From Oikopleura dioica (taxonomy: Eukaryota > Animalia > Chordata), in contig OU015567.1 of assembly GCA_907165135.1 (NCBI GenBank), forward strand, positions 7,068,001 to 7,132,000: DNA of 64,000 nucleotides, in the 5' to 3' direction. A program made the position numbers and the translations under genes. Numbering within the stretch: position 1 is the stretch's first letter; each line of letters starts with the position of its first letter. Below, piece after piece: positions 28,524 to 41,800 of the stretch. A model generated the notes under the pieces. That model ran no database searches. It was not told the origin of the DNA and saw only the letters and a program-made list of their open reading frames with translations.

Positions 28524-28736
28524 TTAATGATAATGCCGCGCTTGTCGAAAATATCGTCTCAGCGAAGGTTTCATTTGTTTTCTGTTTGAACCAGTGAATC
28601 GATAAAGCACTCCTGTAGACGATCTTGGACCTCGAGTTCCCTGTTTGAATTGGCTGACGTTGTTTCTGAGTCTGTTGAAGCCGATCATATCAGCAGAAGC
28701 AACGAGAATATTGAGTAAAAGAGCGAGAACAAGCAT
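28524..28736 (-). CDS. 70-aa secreted cationic peptide precursor
   Basis: Signal-peptide-like MLVLALLLNILVASA, Arg-rich mature part, AAAACATG context, AATAAA on the minus strand near 28450. Confidence 0.6.
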   Translation of the reverse strand: MLVLALLLNILVASADMIGFNRLRNNVSQFKQGTRGPRSSTGVLYRFTGSNRKQMKPSLRRYFRQARHYH

Positions 28737-31174
28737 GTTTTATTATTTTTATTTGATGTCGTATTCTGATTTTTGGACTGATACTGATGATTCAAGCGCT
28801 GTTTAAATATCCCTTAGATTCAAGCGTTGGCGCCCTCCTCGTTCTTAAGATCAAATCGAGGGCATTGAAAGAGCATTCGCTTTATCACGCCGATATATAA
28901 CTTATGAGCGACCAGGTCGGGAAAAGGTTTTATTTTCATCTAAACTAACAACTATTCATATTAGACTTGCATCAATTGTCCAAATAAAGATAACTAAATG
29001 AGGTATAATCAAATGTTATGTAAGAAAGCATTTATTTTGTTCACAAAAAGAAACTGCTAAAATTAAATTTAATTGCACAGGAAAAATATTATTATATGGA
29101 TGAGTTACAGGAGTCAGAACGGTTTTCGTAATACAGATGTTGCTCGATTTCGTCTTTTTAGGGCTTAGCTTTGAAAGCGTTAAATGTCTGTTTTGGATAT
29201 TTCACATTTGACATTTCATTAAAGAGGAACCTAAAGCTAAGCCGTTCCTTGAAAATTGATCATTTCGCTTTGTCGATATTTGTTGTCGAAGAAATGTGTT
29301 TTCGGTCGCTCTGGACCTTTAATGTAGCTTTGGCGCACCATTGTTTCTTTTTTGGATTCAAAAAAAGTTAAAGAGTATCTTTAAAATCATCAGTTTTGAG
29401 TCCCCTTGGCAAAGTTGTAATTTCCTTTTTTTATCTGTCGTTTTACTTCTATAAAGAAGGATTGTTAGGGTCCGAGGGAATTAGTCCTTACCGTTTCTTG
29501 ATACAGTAAAGTTCATCAGAACTTCGTTTATATGAACTGGTCGGTTGTAGCGGCCTGTTTTTGATCTTCGAACTTGTCTTTTCGTCGGTTTATATCATTC
29601 GCAAGCTTGCTGAAAACGACACTTGTTTTGGAAATCAGGGCGTAAGTATTATGTCATACTTACGATATCCGTTCTAGTTTAGTAAACCAACCAAATAAAG
29701 GGTACATCCCGATTATTTCCGCTCAGTGCAGATGCGTTTCTACTTCCATAGAAAGCTGTATATCGAGGAGGGAAACTACGTCATATCTACTGCTATACAT
29801 AGCCTGTGTATAACTCATACAAGTCCGAATTCTCTCTACTCCAGTGAAATTATGGGGAAACGTTAAATTCATTACCTAATCATGAGCTCTTTCAGAAGCG
29901 CTCTGTAGGCAAATATTTCTTCCGCAGTCGGCTCTCTGTCAAATTTATTACTGTCTCTTCTGACTGAACATGAAGATCCCATCTTCTTCTTCTTCTTCTT
30001 CCAAATAATATGAAAATTATAGTTCAGTAGCTATATCAAATCAAGTCAAGCCTTTGTAAATTTGTCACTAAAAGTATGAAAGTTTTCTTTTCAGAATTAT
30101 GCAAACTGAAAAGAATGAAGTGACCTTGGTCGCGAGGAAAGCGATTAAAGTTAGAGCTTGGTCAATTAACACTCGACGTCCCTTCTGCACCTGATGATTT
30201 TCGCTATCAGAAGGGAACTTAGCAGCATGATTTTATGCTATAGATCTGATGGAAAGCTGTCAACACTGCGTAAACCCTGTCTTTTGAATATTATCGATGG
30301 AATAAGGTATTTTTGGTGATACAAACGAGTTCAAAAATTCAACAATAGAAAAGTAAGTATAAATAATGATTTTGTGATGCATTTTTGATCGAGTTTGCGG
30401 TTGATTATTGCATTATTGAGAAATAATAACTAATACATTAATTAATCGATAGCCTCGGGAAGGCACGAGGACGGAGATAGACTTTGCAGGTACCCAACAC
30501 GTCGAGGAGGATTAGTTATTAATAGCTAGCTTTTTCTCTGCATCCATTGAAAGTAGCAATTCATTCCAAGAAAAAAAAACAGCGAATGTCAATATTTTTC
30601 ACCGGTTGGAGAAAATACGCCCTTTATTGCTGCCTGACAAGTAAAATCAAAAGAAAAGAGATACAGTGGAGGAAAATATTCTTTAGTAATTTGCATCTTT
30701 CATTTTATTGTATGCGCGCAGCTGGAAAATGGACTTGGTGTTTTGATAGCCTTTCCGATGGTCTTTGAGTTGTTGCTGCTTATTGTCGGCATTCAAGGTA
30801 CTTTTGTCGACGTAGCTACTAGCGAATCGAACGGATAGATTTCTTACACAGTTTTTCATAATCTTAATCTGATTGAACATACGAGGAAGATAAGTTGTAC
30901 TGAGTACCATAAGATTATCAGATAAGTGACGCTTAAGAAAGCGGCAGTTTTCTCGTATTTTTGATTGATTAGTTGCGCAAATATCGAGCAATTTCTAAAT
31001 TGGCATTACTATAATGAAATCAAACGTGCAAAAAAATTACTACTGCTGGCCTCATAAGCTGTAATTAGATATTATCTGAGCAGCTGAATTGCGTTTTGGG
31101 CCTCTTTGCTTGAAATATTCGATATAAATTTCTTTCAATTACTTGTTATAAAATTCCGACTTACGTATTCTCAG

Positions 31175-31275
31175 GCTACGAGCGATATCTTGAAAAGAAA
31201 AAGACGGACGTCCATCAAATCGAAGAAATCCAAAAGATGTACCCTGAAAACCTCAACAATCTCAAAAACGAATAA
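31175..31275 (+). CDS. Candidate terminal exon of an unresolved small gene (GYERYLEKKKTDVHQIEE...NE*)
   Basis: TTCTCAG acceptor followed by an open hydrophilic frame to TAA. Upstream exons (~30590-30900) could not be joined unambiguously. Confidence 0.25.
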
Positions 31276-31371
31276 CCTATCCTTTCAAATTTCTAGAGCA
31301 TCTGTTTTCTCCGCAATAAATCGCAGTTCCTATTGAGTTTTTCCTTCAAAGAATCATTGAATTATCTCCAA

Positions 31372-32516
31372 ATGGAGAAGACTTGCGGCCAGACAGCCGC
31401 GAAATTATTCAGCTCGTTTTTCGGCAGTGATTTTGGCGTTGAGACCTGGTGTAAGGACGTTCCGGCTTGGAGCACAGCCGGAGCAGGAACGGATTTTTCT
31501 TATATAAAGTCGAAATCGTCAAATTTATCCTTTGAAAAATTCTCAATGCAGTGTATGACTATATCATGCTCTGGACCCCGTTCGTGGCATTTTTGTCGCA
31601 TATTCTCGTGGCTTACGCTTCTTACGTCCTGGGTCATTCTTGGGGCACCTTTTTCATGTCCAGCGAGACGGAGGAACATGAATTCACAACGGATCAAATT
31701 CAAGAGCGCAGACAGATTCTTCAAGAGCAACTCGCGCTAGTTCTCGATGATTTGAACAATGACAAGAGGAAGATTTTCGATTTGGATGCTGAGTTTGAGT
31801 TTTCAAAGCAAGAAATTCCGTCGTTGCAGAATCAAATCAAGCAACTTCAAGGTTTGAATCTTTCTAGATGGTTGATTGGAGCTTTTAATTGAATTAAAAG
31901 CAATGTTATTACTGTATTAATGATCAGTAATGATGAAGCTTCGAGCTTCTTTCCGTTATTGATAGTTAGGGTTTCGGAGATTCTCCGATTTTAATTCCCG
32001 GTTCTTTAGACAAAATTTGGAACCCTGTATAAGTTTTGTTGATGCTGATTCTTCTGTTTCTTCAACATCTTTTAGAGGAGATCGATTTCCTCCAGGAAAA
32101 ACTCGACAAGTTGAGGGAAGACCGACTGGAGCTTCACAAGCGATTCTACGGAGGAATCAATGACATCGCAAATATGCAGGCACGTGGTTTCGTATTCTTC
32201 TGCTGATTAACAATTCGGAATTGTCAATTCTCTCAATAGCAGTTTAGGGCTCACAATCATCATGACGGAGTTATCGTTGATTGTTTTTCCTCGTTGAATT
32301 CATTCAAACTAAATTAGCATTGACAATGTCTTACACAAAATCTTATGTAAGATTTGTTTCATAACATTCCATTTTAAGAAAATCTTGGAGCCTCAAGCGC
32401 TAGACAACGAAGCAGCTAAAGAGCTCATCCGGCGTATTTCAAATATTGAGGATACAATTTCATCCTTCCACGATGCCATGCGAAACCAAAACCATTCTTT
32501 CAGAAAACGGGATTGA
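31372..32516 (+). CDS. Uncharacterised protein with hydrophobic segment and coiled coil, ~4 exons
   Basis: Exons joined in frame (GA-AG intron 31487-31551, then GT and GC introns); IMLWTPFVAFLSHILVAYASYVLG hydrophobic stretch, then heptad-rich IQERRQILQEQLALVLDDL...LQEKLDKLRE. Confidence 0.6.
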
Positions 32517-32532
32517 TCGATCTTCAGATTAA

Positions 32533-33296
32533 GGCTATAACCTCTCTTTTGGCCTCTCTGGAAAACGGACTTCCCTTGGTCGATTTCAAAAATTTAAAAG
32601 GCAAACATACTTGTTTTCTCCTAAAAAATTCAAAAATGATATCAAAAAATACTTTTCTTCCGTAAATTTTTACTCTAGAATAATTCAAAAATCGCCATTC
32701 GGTTTTCCAAGAAAACTGGAAGCTCTGAGGTAAAATTAATCCGATAATAATATTAAGTTTGGCATATTCTATGATCCCTATGGAAAAAATATCAAGAAAT
32801 TGTCTTAATTATGATTATAGTTCTCTCTTCTTTTAAATCTCTTTTGTTTATAGACGGACGCTTGAGATACACGCGGCCAATCAGAGCGCGATGAATCGCT
32901 TGACTCACACGCTCGCCAACAGCGCTCTCTTTTTGGCCTGGAGGATAGCACTCCGCGCAGCGCGTCCACGCGCATTTTTATCCTCAGGTGCGTCCACTAA
33001 CATGGCGCTAGAATGAAAATTTGAACAGATATCGAAGATTTTTTCCATAGGGATTATAGAGAAGGCTTTAATCTTTTAATTGATCGAAAAAAATCTACCT
33101 CTGTAATGGTAAAATTCTTCGGAAAACCGAATGGCGTTTTTTAAATGATTGTAAAGTCGAAATTTCGAAAGAAAAAATAATTTTTGATGGCATTTCTGAA
33201 ATCTACGATAGATTTTGAGTACATGAGCCTTTTTAATTTTTGAAATCGACCAAGGGAAGTCCGTTTTCCAGAGAGGCCAAAAGAGAGGTTATAGCC
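32533..33296. mobile_element. Non-autonomous TTAA-targeting DNA transposon, Kolobok-like
   Basis: TTAA|GGCTATAACCTCTCTTTTGGCCTCTCTGGAAAACGGACTTCCCTTGGTCGATTTCA... with a ~58-bp perfect TIR, further degenerate inverted repeats, and TTAA on both sides. GG termini fit Kolobok rather than piggyBac (CC). Confidence 0.8.
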
Positions 33297-34085
33297 TTAA
33301 GATTTTACGAACATAAAAATCCCGAAAAAAGACCGTTTGAGATTCAAGATTCCGCTCGATTTTCAGAGTCGTTTTAAAAGAAGTAATTTGTTAATTTTAA
33401 ATTGAAGACGCAATAAATATATATTTTGTTTTCATTTGGAAAGTTTATTGAAGCAATCGAATTAATGAATTATTGAAGCAGGAAAAAGTTGGTTAGTAGT
33501 CGGCGGATAAATCGTCAATGACGTACGCAGGGTTAGATGTTCCGCTCTGAAGCTCAATCTGAGAATGACATGATTTAAATTTCCGGTCCTAAGGACTAGG
33601 GGGATTCTATCACTGTTGGCAGAAGACTTCTCATTTCCATGACCGTCGTTGGCCGACGGAACAAAGGTCCGGTCGCCATTGACGCCCTCACTTGTAAAAC
33701 CTAAGCAGAAAAAGAATGTACCAAATTTTGACTTCAGAAATTTGTGCACACTACTGGTGAAACAAAGTGAGTCTCCCAAATCTTCAAAGATTTAGATTTG
33801 AAATTTTTTCATAAAAAAATGGGAGGATGATTGAATGGTTAGATGAGAAGCGAGTTTAAACTTTATACAACCCGGCAGTTTTGTTTATAAAGTTTCTTTT
33901 CAAGAGATGTTGAAAATGCGGACCAGTAAAGATAAAACTTACGGATTTGCGCCGACGAGCAGAAGATTCGATAAGGCTATCGTCATATTCCTTCGCTGTT
34001 AACGTCATGCTAGAAATATAGAAAATGATCCTTTGATTTTGAGAAAATAAGTCTGAGTTTTAGAATGTCGGTTGGAACTCCTTTT

Positions 34086-34759
34086 GATGATTTCAAAAAA
34101 AATTTCGCGGGCCCGGAAATCGTCAAAAAACGTCTTGACTAGTTTTGTAGAGCTCGTCGAGACGAGTCGAATGATATATCAAAATCCTGAAAATTCTAAG
34201 ATTTTCCGCCAAAAAAAGTGATAAGAAGGTGGCTTATCAAAAAATTTCTGACCAGCGCCGTTTTTGTTCTAGAAAAGTTGAGGTGATGTTTGACCCCGGA
34301 AAATGATCCTTATGATCTGTTCTATTACAGCAAAAAATTTCAGCTCGTAATCACATATCCTGCCGTACTTATCAGCGAAAAATTAGAAATTTAGTGCATT
34401 TTGTTGTCGCTGCTCGTTCCTAATTTCTGGCCCATTTTCAGTCCCATTTCCATTCGAAAATGAAATATACTGATAAACTCGGCTGGGTAGATGATGACTG
34501 GCTGAAATTTTTTGCTGTAGTAAAACAGATCATGAGGAACATTTTCCGGGGTCAAACGTTACCGCAGCTATTCTAGAACAAAAACGGCGCTGGTCAGAAA
34601 ATTTTTGATAGGCCACCTTCTTATCACTTGTTTTGGCGGAAAATCTTAGAATTTTCAGGACTTTGATATATCACTCGACTCGTCTCGACGAGCTCTACAA
34701 AACTAGCCAAGAGGTTTTTTGACGATTTTCGGGCCCGCGAAATTTTTTTTGAAATCATC
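34086..34759. mobile_element. Foldback/long-TIR element, copy 2 (family of 1226-1868)
   Basis: Same GATGATTTCAAAAAA...TTTTTTGAAATCATC termini, 3-bp flank repeat TTT, ~270-bp imperfect arms, loop sharing TTTTGTTGTYGCTGCWCGTTCCTAATTTCT. Confidence 0.85.
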
Positions 34760-34879
34760 TTTTCCACTCTTTGAGTTTTTTTATTATCGGCATTTTTACA
34801 TGTTTACACCGAATTCAATAATTTTCATACCGAGTCTGATTTCATTCAGTATTTAGTACTCCTTGGGAATCTGTATAAT

Positions 34880-35335
34880 CTATCTTGGCATCAAGATAAG
34901 CTCGAAATCAAAAGGATAAAAAAAATAATTCTTTGGGGCTAAAGAAGGAAGAAATTTACCGCTGTATCTTCCTCTAACTCAACGTATTCATAAATATCAT
35001 CAAGTCCGAATCTCGGGCTATATTTTCCATCATAAACAAGACTTTCAATTTCCTTGTACCTGTAATAGACGACGAAAAAGACCCATCCAAAGTTGAGAAA
35101 AACCAAAGCGCCGTATAAAAACAAATCGCCGGGGATGATGTCTTTCTCGTTTTCTTCCCATTCTTTCTTGCCGTTGCTGAACTGGATTCCGAAGCCGATG
35201 AAGAAGGGAATCGATATAACAACTAAAGGAGGTTCTCGGGATATTCCTAGGGCTTGATAATCTACCCATGACAATGGCAAGCCACATAAAAAATCTGCAC
35301 CGTCTCCAGTTTCGTCTGCAATCAGCAAATGTCAT
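34880..35335 (-). CDS. Small two-TM protein (~100 aa), 4 exons
   Basis: MTFADCRRNWRRCRFFMWLAIVM|VVISIPFFIGFG...LFLYGALVFLNFGWVFFVVYY|SPRFGLDDIYEY; canonical 40-55 bp GT-AG introns. Confidence 0.5.
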
Positions 35336-35800
35336 CCTCTCTTTTCCTTCTTCTTTTATTCAAGACGTTTCTTTTCTCTGCTCTGTTCCCACCGTGAATC
35401 AGAGCTTCCAAAAATTGATATATTGTTTGGCTTTTTGTCTTGCGCGTTACTCACAAAAAAAAAAGGTAAAAAATTAACTCGGGAGAATAACGATGCTGGC
35501 GCGAGTTGGTAATCGCGCGTTTCAAAGCTGCTGAGAAGCTCAAACTGAAGCTGACAAGGATTTTTATGATCGGATTGCGATCACAACAAAACAAAAGATC
35601 AACCGACAAGGACGTTACTTGAAAAGGCAGCCAAGCGAGAAGAAAAACGGAATAGCGAATAATATGCGCAAAAGACTGGACTTTTGAGCATATAGAAGAA
35701 ATTAATTTATTAAACATGTATTAGAAACAGAGATTGCGTGGTAGTTCTTGTAGCAGTACAAAAGAATGATAGTTGTACGAACAGAAAAATTGTTGTTTTT

Positions 35801-38800
35801 TTATCCTTTTTGAAGAAATTGAGTTGCTAGAATTGTCTCGTCCAGTTTTGCGCGGTCCTTTTCTTCCGCCAGTTTTTCGCGCAATCTCGATATTGCGGCG
35901 GGGAAAAGCTCTTCGGGAAAAGTGCTTGGTACAGGAAGATACAGTATGTAATGGCGGATGGAGTCACGGTCGTTTTCTACTGCGGAGATAAGGGAACTAG
36001 AAGAGAGTTTTCTTTTGGGAGGGTTTGGAGTGGTTATGTTACCAGATAATGATTTTGGACTGGCCACGGAACTTTTGGCAGATATTTGGAATAGCTAGCA
36101 AAAGCCAGTTGAAGATTTCATCTCGTTGAGGAAAAATACGGAAGCAGTCGCTCAGAAAGAATAAATATGAAGGAACCAGCGCTTCTTTTGCATTCATCAG
36201 TTCGATAAAGAGCTTATTTAAAACCCTAGAAAAAGATAGAATGTATAAAAAGGCAGATTGATTTGTACCTTTCATTGATTGAAATTTCGCTGAATAAGAG
36301 CTTCAAGAGAGCGAGCATTTTCGAAGAATGTTTCTTTGGATTGGTGACGGCGGAGTTCAGGATCACGGAAATTACGGGGTCGCTACCGATATCGCTCGAG
36401 TTCTTGTTTTTGATGAACGACGCGGAACGCTTTTTTGAGGAGAAATAGCAGCTAAAAACATATTAAACTGACCATAATTTGTCATGATCTTACAGAAGGG
36501 AACTCGTAGCAAGAGTAGAGCCAGTTGAAGCAAGATAGGAGTCGTTCGCCATGCTCAGATCAGCTCCTATCTGTGAAAACTGCACCACTTGGTCCGGAAG
36601 CAAATGTCCCAGCCACGCGATTCTGCCCAAACCGAGTAAAAGAGGTTCGACGGCTTCGAGGGAAGCCCCAGTGTAGCCGACTTGGCGATGATTGATATGA
36701 TGTTCGATGTAAAATCGACCTGTGCAGAGTTAGAATGAAAAGTTCAAGATATATTTCATTTTTGATATTAAACTCTTTCCTCGTCTGCGAAATCAGGGTG
36801 TCGCTCAATTATCAAAAGAGCGATGGAGAAGTCGTAGAGCTTGAGTTGCAAGTCGATAGGATTCAAGGACATCAATGATGGATGCGCGCTCAGTGAAGTG
36901 AGAACCTTATTTGCTATCAGCGTCAAGAAGTTACTGTAAGAAACAGTGAGCCCTCTTGGCATGTCTAGCAAATTCAGTACAGAGCTTCGGACACTAGAAG
37001 TTTTGTTACACTTTTGTAGATGTACCGAACTTACGATAAATCGGAGGAAATAGAACAAAAGCCTCGAGAAACAAGGGGCGTAAGAGTTTTTGTCAAAAAC
37101 TCATCGTTGTAGCCTGCGACAGATGCTGCCTTTGTCAAGCATGGCAACAGCGTTTCCCAAAGAAGAGGATCTTCGTTTTCTGGATTTGAAGTTTGAACAA
37201 GTCCAGTTACAGCTTTGAGAGTTTCGTTGAAGTGCTCTCTGGTTGGATAGGCGTTGACGATCATATTTATTGCTCTCGCTGCTTCCAATAGAACTCGTCG
37301 ATGAGGCGCTAAAATTTATGTTGAAATCATGTCAGAGAATACTTTAGTACCTTCGGAATTCTCATGAATAGCAAAATGAAACCACCGTAGAAACAAATCA
37401 AAAAGAAACTGCGTCGAAGAATTCAAATCTGGCGTCCAGGAATCATCTGATTTCTCCGAGGCCTCGAGCTCTATTTCTGCCGAGGAGCTTCTTGCACTTG
37501 TCATTGGCGAAATTCCTTGTTTCCTGAAATGATTTGGAGCGCATGAAGCTCCAACTGAAACTATCGATGGTCCCTGGGACTCGGGATTCGAAGACAGCCA
37601 AGGGGATGAGTTTTGTAACGACGAAGATAGGTCAGATTCAGCTTGCGCATCTAAAACCCGAGGAAGAGGACATCGAGGGTGGTTTATCAAGGGAGAGACA
37701 GCAGGTGAGCCCGCAAATGTCTTTCCATTTTGAAACTGGCGAAATGCGAGCATCGTGAGTACTGTTAATCCTCTAACAGCATCAACCATCGAGTCTATCT
37801 CTTCTTCGCGACCAGATCCAATGTTCAAATCGCTGGAAGTCTTGCTCATGATCACCTGTTGCAAGCCAGTCCACAGTGAGAGAAAGCACGTTCGAGTTCC
37901 ATAGCCAAACGCGCGAAAATTCCGAACTGATTGGGTGATTATTTCTTTATCTTCCAACTCGTTTGGCTCGCCAATTTCAGAAGCGAGAAGAGGCTTCCGG
38001 AAGAGCTCTTCTTTGCCGGGAGTATAGGAAAGAATCGATAGGATCTTCCGAACAAGGACGGAGTCAGGACAGTTCGATAGGAATGAAAAGGAGATTAAGC
38101 TGTCGATCCCGACCATGGAAAAGATTTCTTCAAGATTCTTGATTGTGTTATCGTAAATTTCATCATCCAAACAGTCAGTTTTGCAAAGATCATCAAAAAT
38201 ATTTGCTAGCTTCCTTCGTTTTCTGCTTTCTACAAGAAGCGTGGTATTCGATGAGCTTTTCTGATCGTTTTCTCCGACTTTGATGGAAAACGGACAGTCG
38301 AACATCGTTGAAATCTCGAGTCGTAATCGTCTTGAAGGAATAAGTTGTACGTATTTTCCGACCGTTTCTGCCCAGGCAACCTTGTTCATTGCTAAGAGTT
38401 TGACGAGCTTTCGGATAGCCCCGATTCTATTTCCCTCAAATGTCACTTTAACAAGATCTTCATCGACATTCACATCAGATTCGATGAGAGAAATCATGTG
38501 TCTTCTAACATACGCCGGTGCGCTGGAAAGACTGGACTTAAAGCTCGCTTGTTCTTCTTTCAGAAAATTCTTGAGTTTAGAACGAGTCCTCGTTGATTTC
38601 AATGCGGATTGAATCAAAAGTTCATCGCATGAAAAGGTTTCAAAATCAGAGTTGAAGATTTTAGCAAGTTTGGCACCGGTGTTATTGTAAGTTGAGTCCG
38701 ATGCGATGAAATTATTGTGAAGTCTGATGGCAGGACAAAAAGTGCTTTCAAGAGTCAAATCTGGAATGAGTTGAGATTCTGCGACGAGCTGCTGACGAGA

Positions 38801-41800
38801 AATATGCTGGATAAGAACAAGCGTTTCGAATTTTAAACTTTCATCAGAGTATTTCAGCAGCTCGGAGAAGATGCTTTTCATGTTGATTTTTGAAAGAATC
38901 CCGTGAAGATTTGATTGAGAAATAACTAGATGAAGAATCCCGAATAAAACCTTGCTGATCGCCGACGATTTATGCCTTTTCAAAGCAATCAAGGCATTGT
39001 CTAACATATCTTTGAACGAGTCTTCGTTTGCTTCTAGCACTCCTCCGGTACAGTGCTCGAAAACAACTCTTAGTAGCTCGAGCTCTTTTTTGTCCGAAAA
39101 TTTCAAATTCAGGACGAAATTTTCGATAAATAAATTTCCAGTAAAATTGTGGACGATTCTAGCACTCACACTTCTCCAGAGATTAATATCAGTGAGCCGA
39201 TAGTACTTGAGAATGTGAATCAACAGTGGAAAAGATGAGCAAGTAGTGGACATGTTCAGAATCATCGAAAGAATCACTTCTTTCTGCGCAGACTCGGAGA
39301 CTGTTTCAAGGGAGAAAATATCGTCGACAATCGGAGAAAGCGCTGGAATCGCATGTGTTTCGGGACTGAGCCCGGCTGCGTTGAGACTGTTGCATAGATT
39401 GATAACTTCTGACTTTGTAACAAAAGTCTTTGCGCCTCCCTTTTTCTCCCCGCTTAGAAGAACGAGGAAAAGAAAGATGCTCGGAATGACCATTTTTGCA
39501 TCTCGCCACAGGTTTGCTTCGGCGGTGCTCAATTGATTCAGCAAGATTTTCACGAAGATCCCTTCAGAATCCAGCAAAGAATAATTCACCCGAAGCTGCA
39601 TCAAATTAGTAAGAAGTTTTAGGACTGCTTTTTGAATACGCTCATCAGTAGAAACTGTATATCTTCGCATAGCACAGATGACGATCGGTTCGAATATTCG
39701 AATAAAGTCTTGAACTGATGATGATCCCTTTTTCGCGTTGAAGTTGATTTCTTGGAGCCGCGCGTCTACCATCTGTTTATACGATTTCTGATGGTTGAGT
39801 TCGCTTTCAGAGAGGTGTGAACCTGCCTGTGTTGTTGCTTGAGCATCCGTGAGCCGAAGAGATATCAAGGAAAGCGGAGTGTCCCTTAATTTCTCCACCA
39901 AATCAGCTTCGTACGATGATGGCAGCTGAGATTCATTGGGCGGTTGTTTGACTTGGAAAAGGGCAGAAAGCACGGAAGTCGCAGTGAAGATGCATTTCGA
40001 GGGCAAATCATCATAGGTTGATTGAAGAAGCCCAGTTAAAGACGTCAAGATGATCTCGGCGAATTCGGAAATGACCGAAAACTCGATGTTTTCCAGAAGA
40101 ATCTGCAAACTCTCAAGAACCCCTGATAGTAAATCTGATAGATTTGAAGACTTGGATGTTTGAATTTTTGAAGTTTGGTATGCTTGATTGACTTTTTTGT
40201 AGAACTCATGTTGGGGAACCTCGTCAGAGTTTTTCTCCAAGTCCACAACCGGCGAAGTAGCCTTTGGGACGTGCTCTTTTGGGCGAGAATTATTGAAAGG
40301 AATGGAGTTGCGGAGCTTTCTGGCAAAGCTTGGACTCGAGCCACGGACCTTCTGATCATCTTCTACCACCGGTAAAGTTCTTTTCTCCGATTCAAGGTTC
40401 AATAGTGCATCGATTTTTGCTTCAATCAAAACAATATGTAAAATTTTTAAATAGCGAACGATCAAATTCGCCAGTCGTTTTTGACCATCCAAGACCATTG
40501 CTGGTACAACTGGCTCTTTTAGCTGCAATGTTTGGGTCCACTTAACCATCAGTTTTGACGCTAACTTGAGCATTCTTCCTAAATACTGCCAGTCGACGAT
40601 TTCGCTGTAAATTTCGCAGGTTTGCAGAACGAAGAACAGGAGTGGAGGTGAAGGATGATCGAATTTCCGAACCCAAGTTTTTGCCGAAGGATACTTCTTT
40701 AACAAGATGAAGATTGCTCCACAAATAGAAGCAATTCTAGGTCCATCGACTGATTTTAACAACTCGTTAGTCATGAATGAAATGAACCATTCAGTAGACA
40801 GGTCGAAGGGTTCTTCAGTGGACTCCTCAAAGCAGTGGTTCACATATTTGGCGGTGATCAATTCTAATCTGTTGATTTCTGGCGAGTGGACTTTGTGAAT
40901 AGCTTTTGGCCCGTAGCAATTTTTGCTAAACGCGAAGGTGAACTTGAGACATCCTTCTCGAACCCGCTCGTCTTTTGAAGAGAGACACGCAAGAAAGTAT
41001 TCCAGGGCCCGTTCTTCGTATAGGAAAACATCTGCTTCTGGCGATAAGGCGTGAAAGAATCGCCAGTCTACTTCGGAGAGGCAGGAAACGAGATCGATTT
41101 GCGTTGACCAGTAAGTTACCGTTTTTGTCAGTTTCAAAATGTTTTCCACGGAAGAAATGTAAAGCTCTCCTTTCCGATGCTGGAGAAAGAAAGGGAGGAG
41201 ATTTCGAATTCCTTCAATTGCTTTCGACAAGGATTGGTTCGAAGAAGTCGTCGAAATGAAATTGATAATTTGCTCGAATTTGGATTTGACTCCATTTTCC
41301 TCGTGCTCATTTTTCATCAAGTTGGCAAGGAAGAGAACAGTGTGGCCTTGAAGATTCGGGTCTTCGTGCGAAAGAAGATCTTGAATTTTCGCCATAGAAG
41401 GGAGCGAAGAAATGGAGGGGCTCATTGAAACGCAGAAATTTGAAGCAGAAACGATGAGAGACTTGATTGAAACACGCGAAAGACCTGAAATTTGATCAGT
41501 TTGAAAGAGATCTTAATTTCGAACCTTTGTCAGGCAATAATTCTCCATCTTTGACGAGAAAAGTGGGCAAGAGATAGCTGCAGAGCTCTTCAATCGCATC
41601 TTGATCCAAATTTTTCGCGTTTTTGAGGAGTAAATTGACGAGTTCGAGCGAAATCAAAACTGTAGAATACGCGGGCTCTTCTTTCAAAATGTCCACGAGG
41701 GTTCGAATCAACTCAAAGTTCGAAGCGTAAGATTCTTCAAATTCTAGCAGTTTCTTCAGCGCTAGAATTATGGCGGGAAGAATGTCTCGCATTTCCGGGT

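Noticed and set aside
29180-29640. Minus-strand exon-like pieces with a 43-nt GT-AG intron
   Set aside because: Stops upstream in frame and no homology; insufficient support.
33462-34010. Possible small minus-strand gene (GTAAGT donor near 33950 plus the 105-aa ORF)
   Set aside because: Exon phases could not be reconciled into one credible protein.
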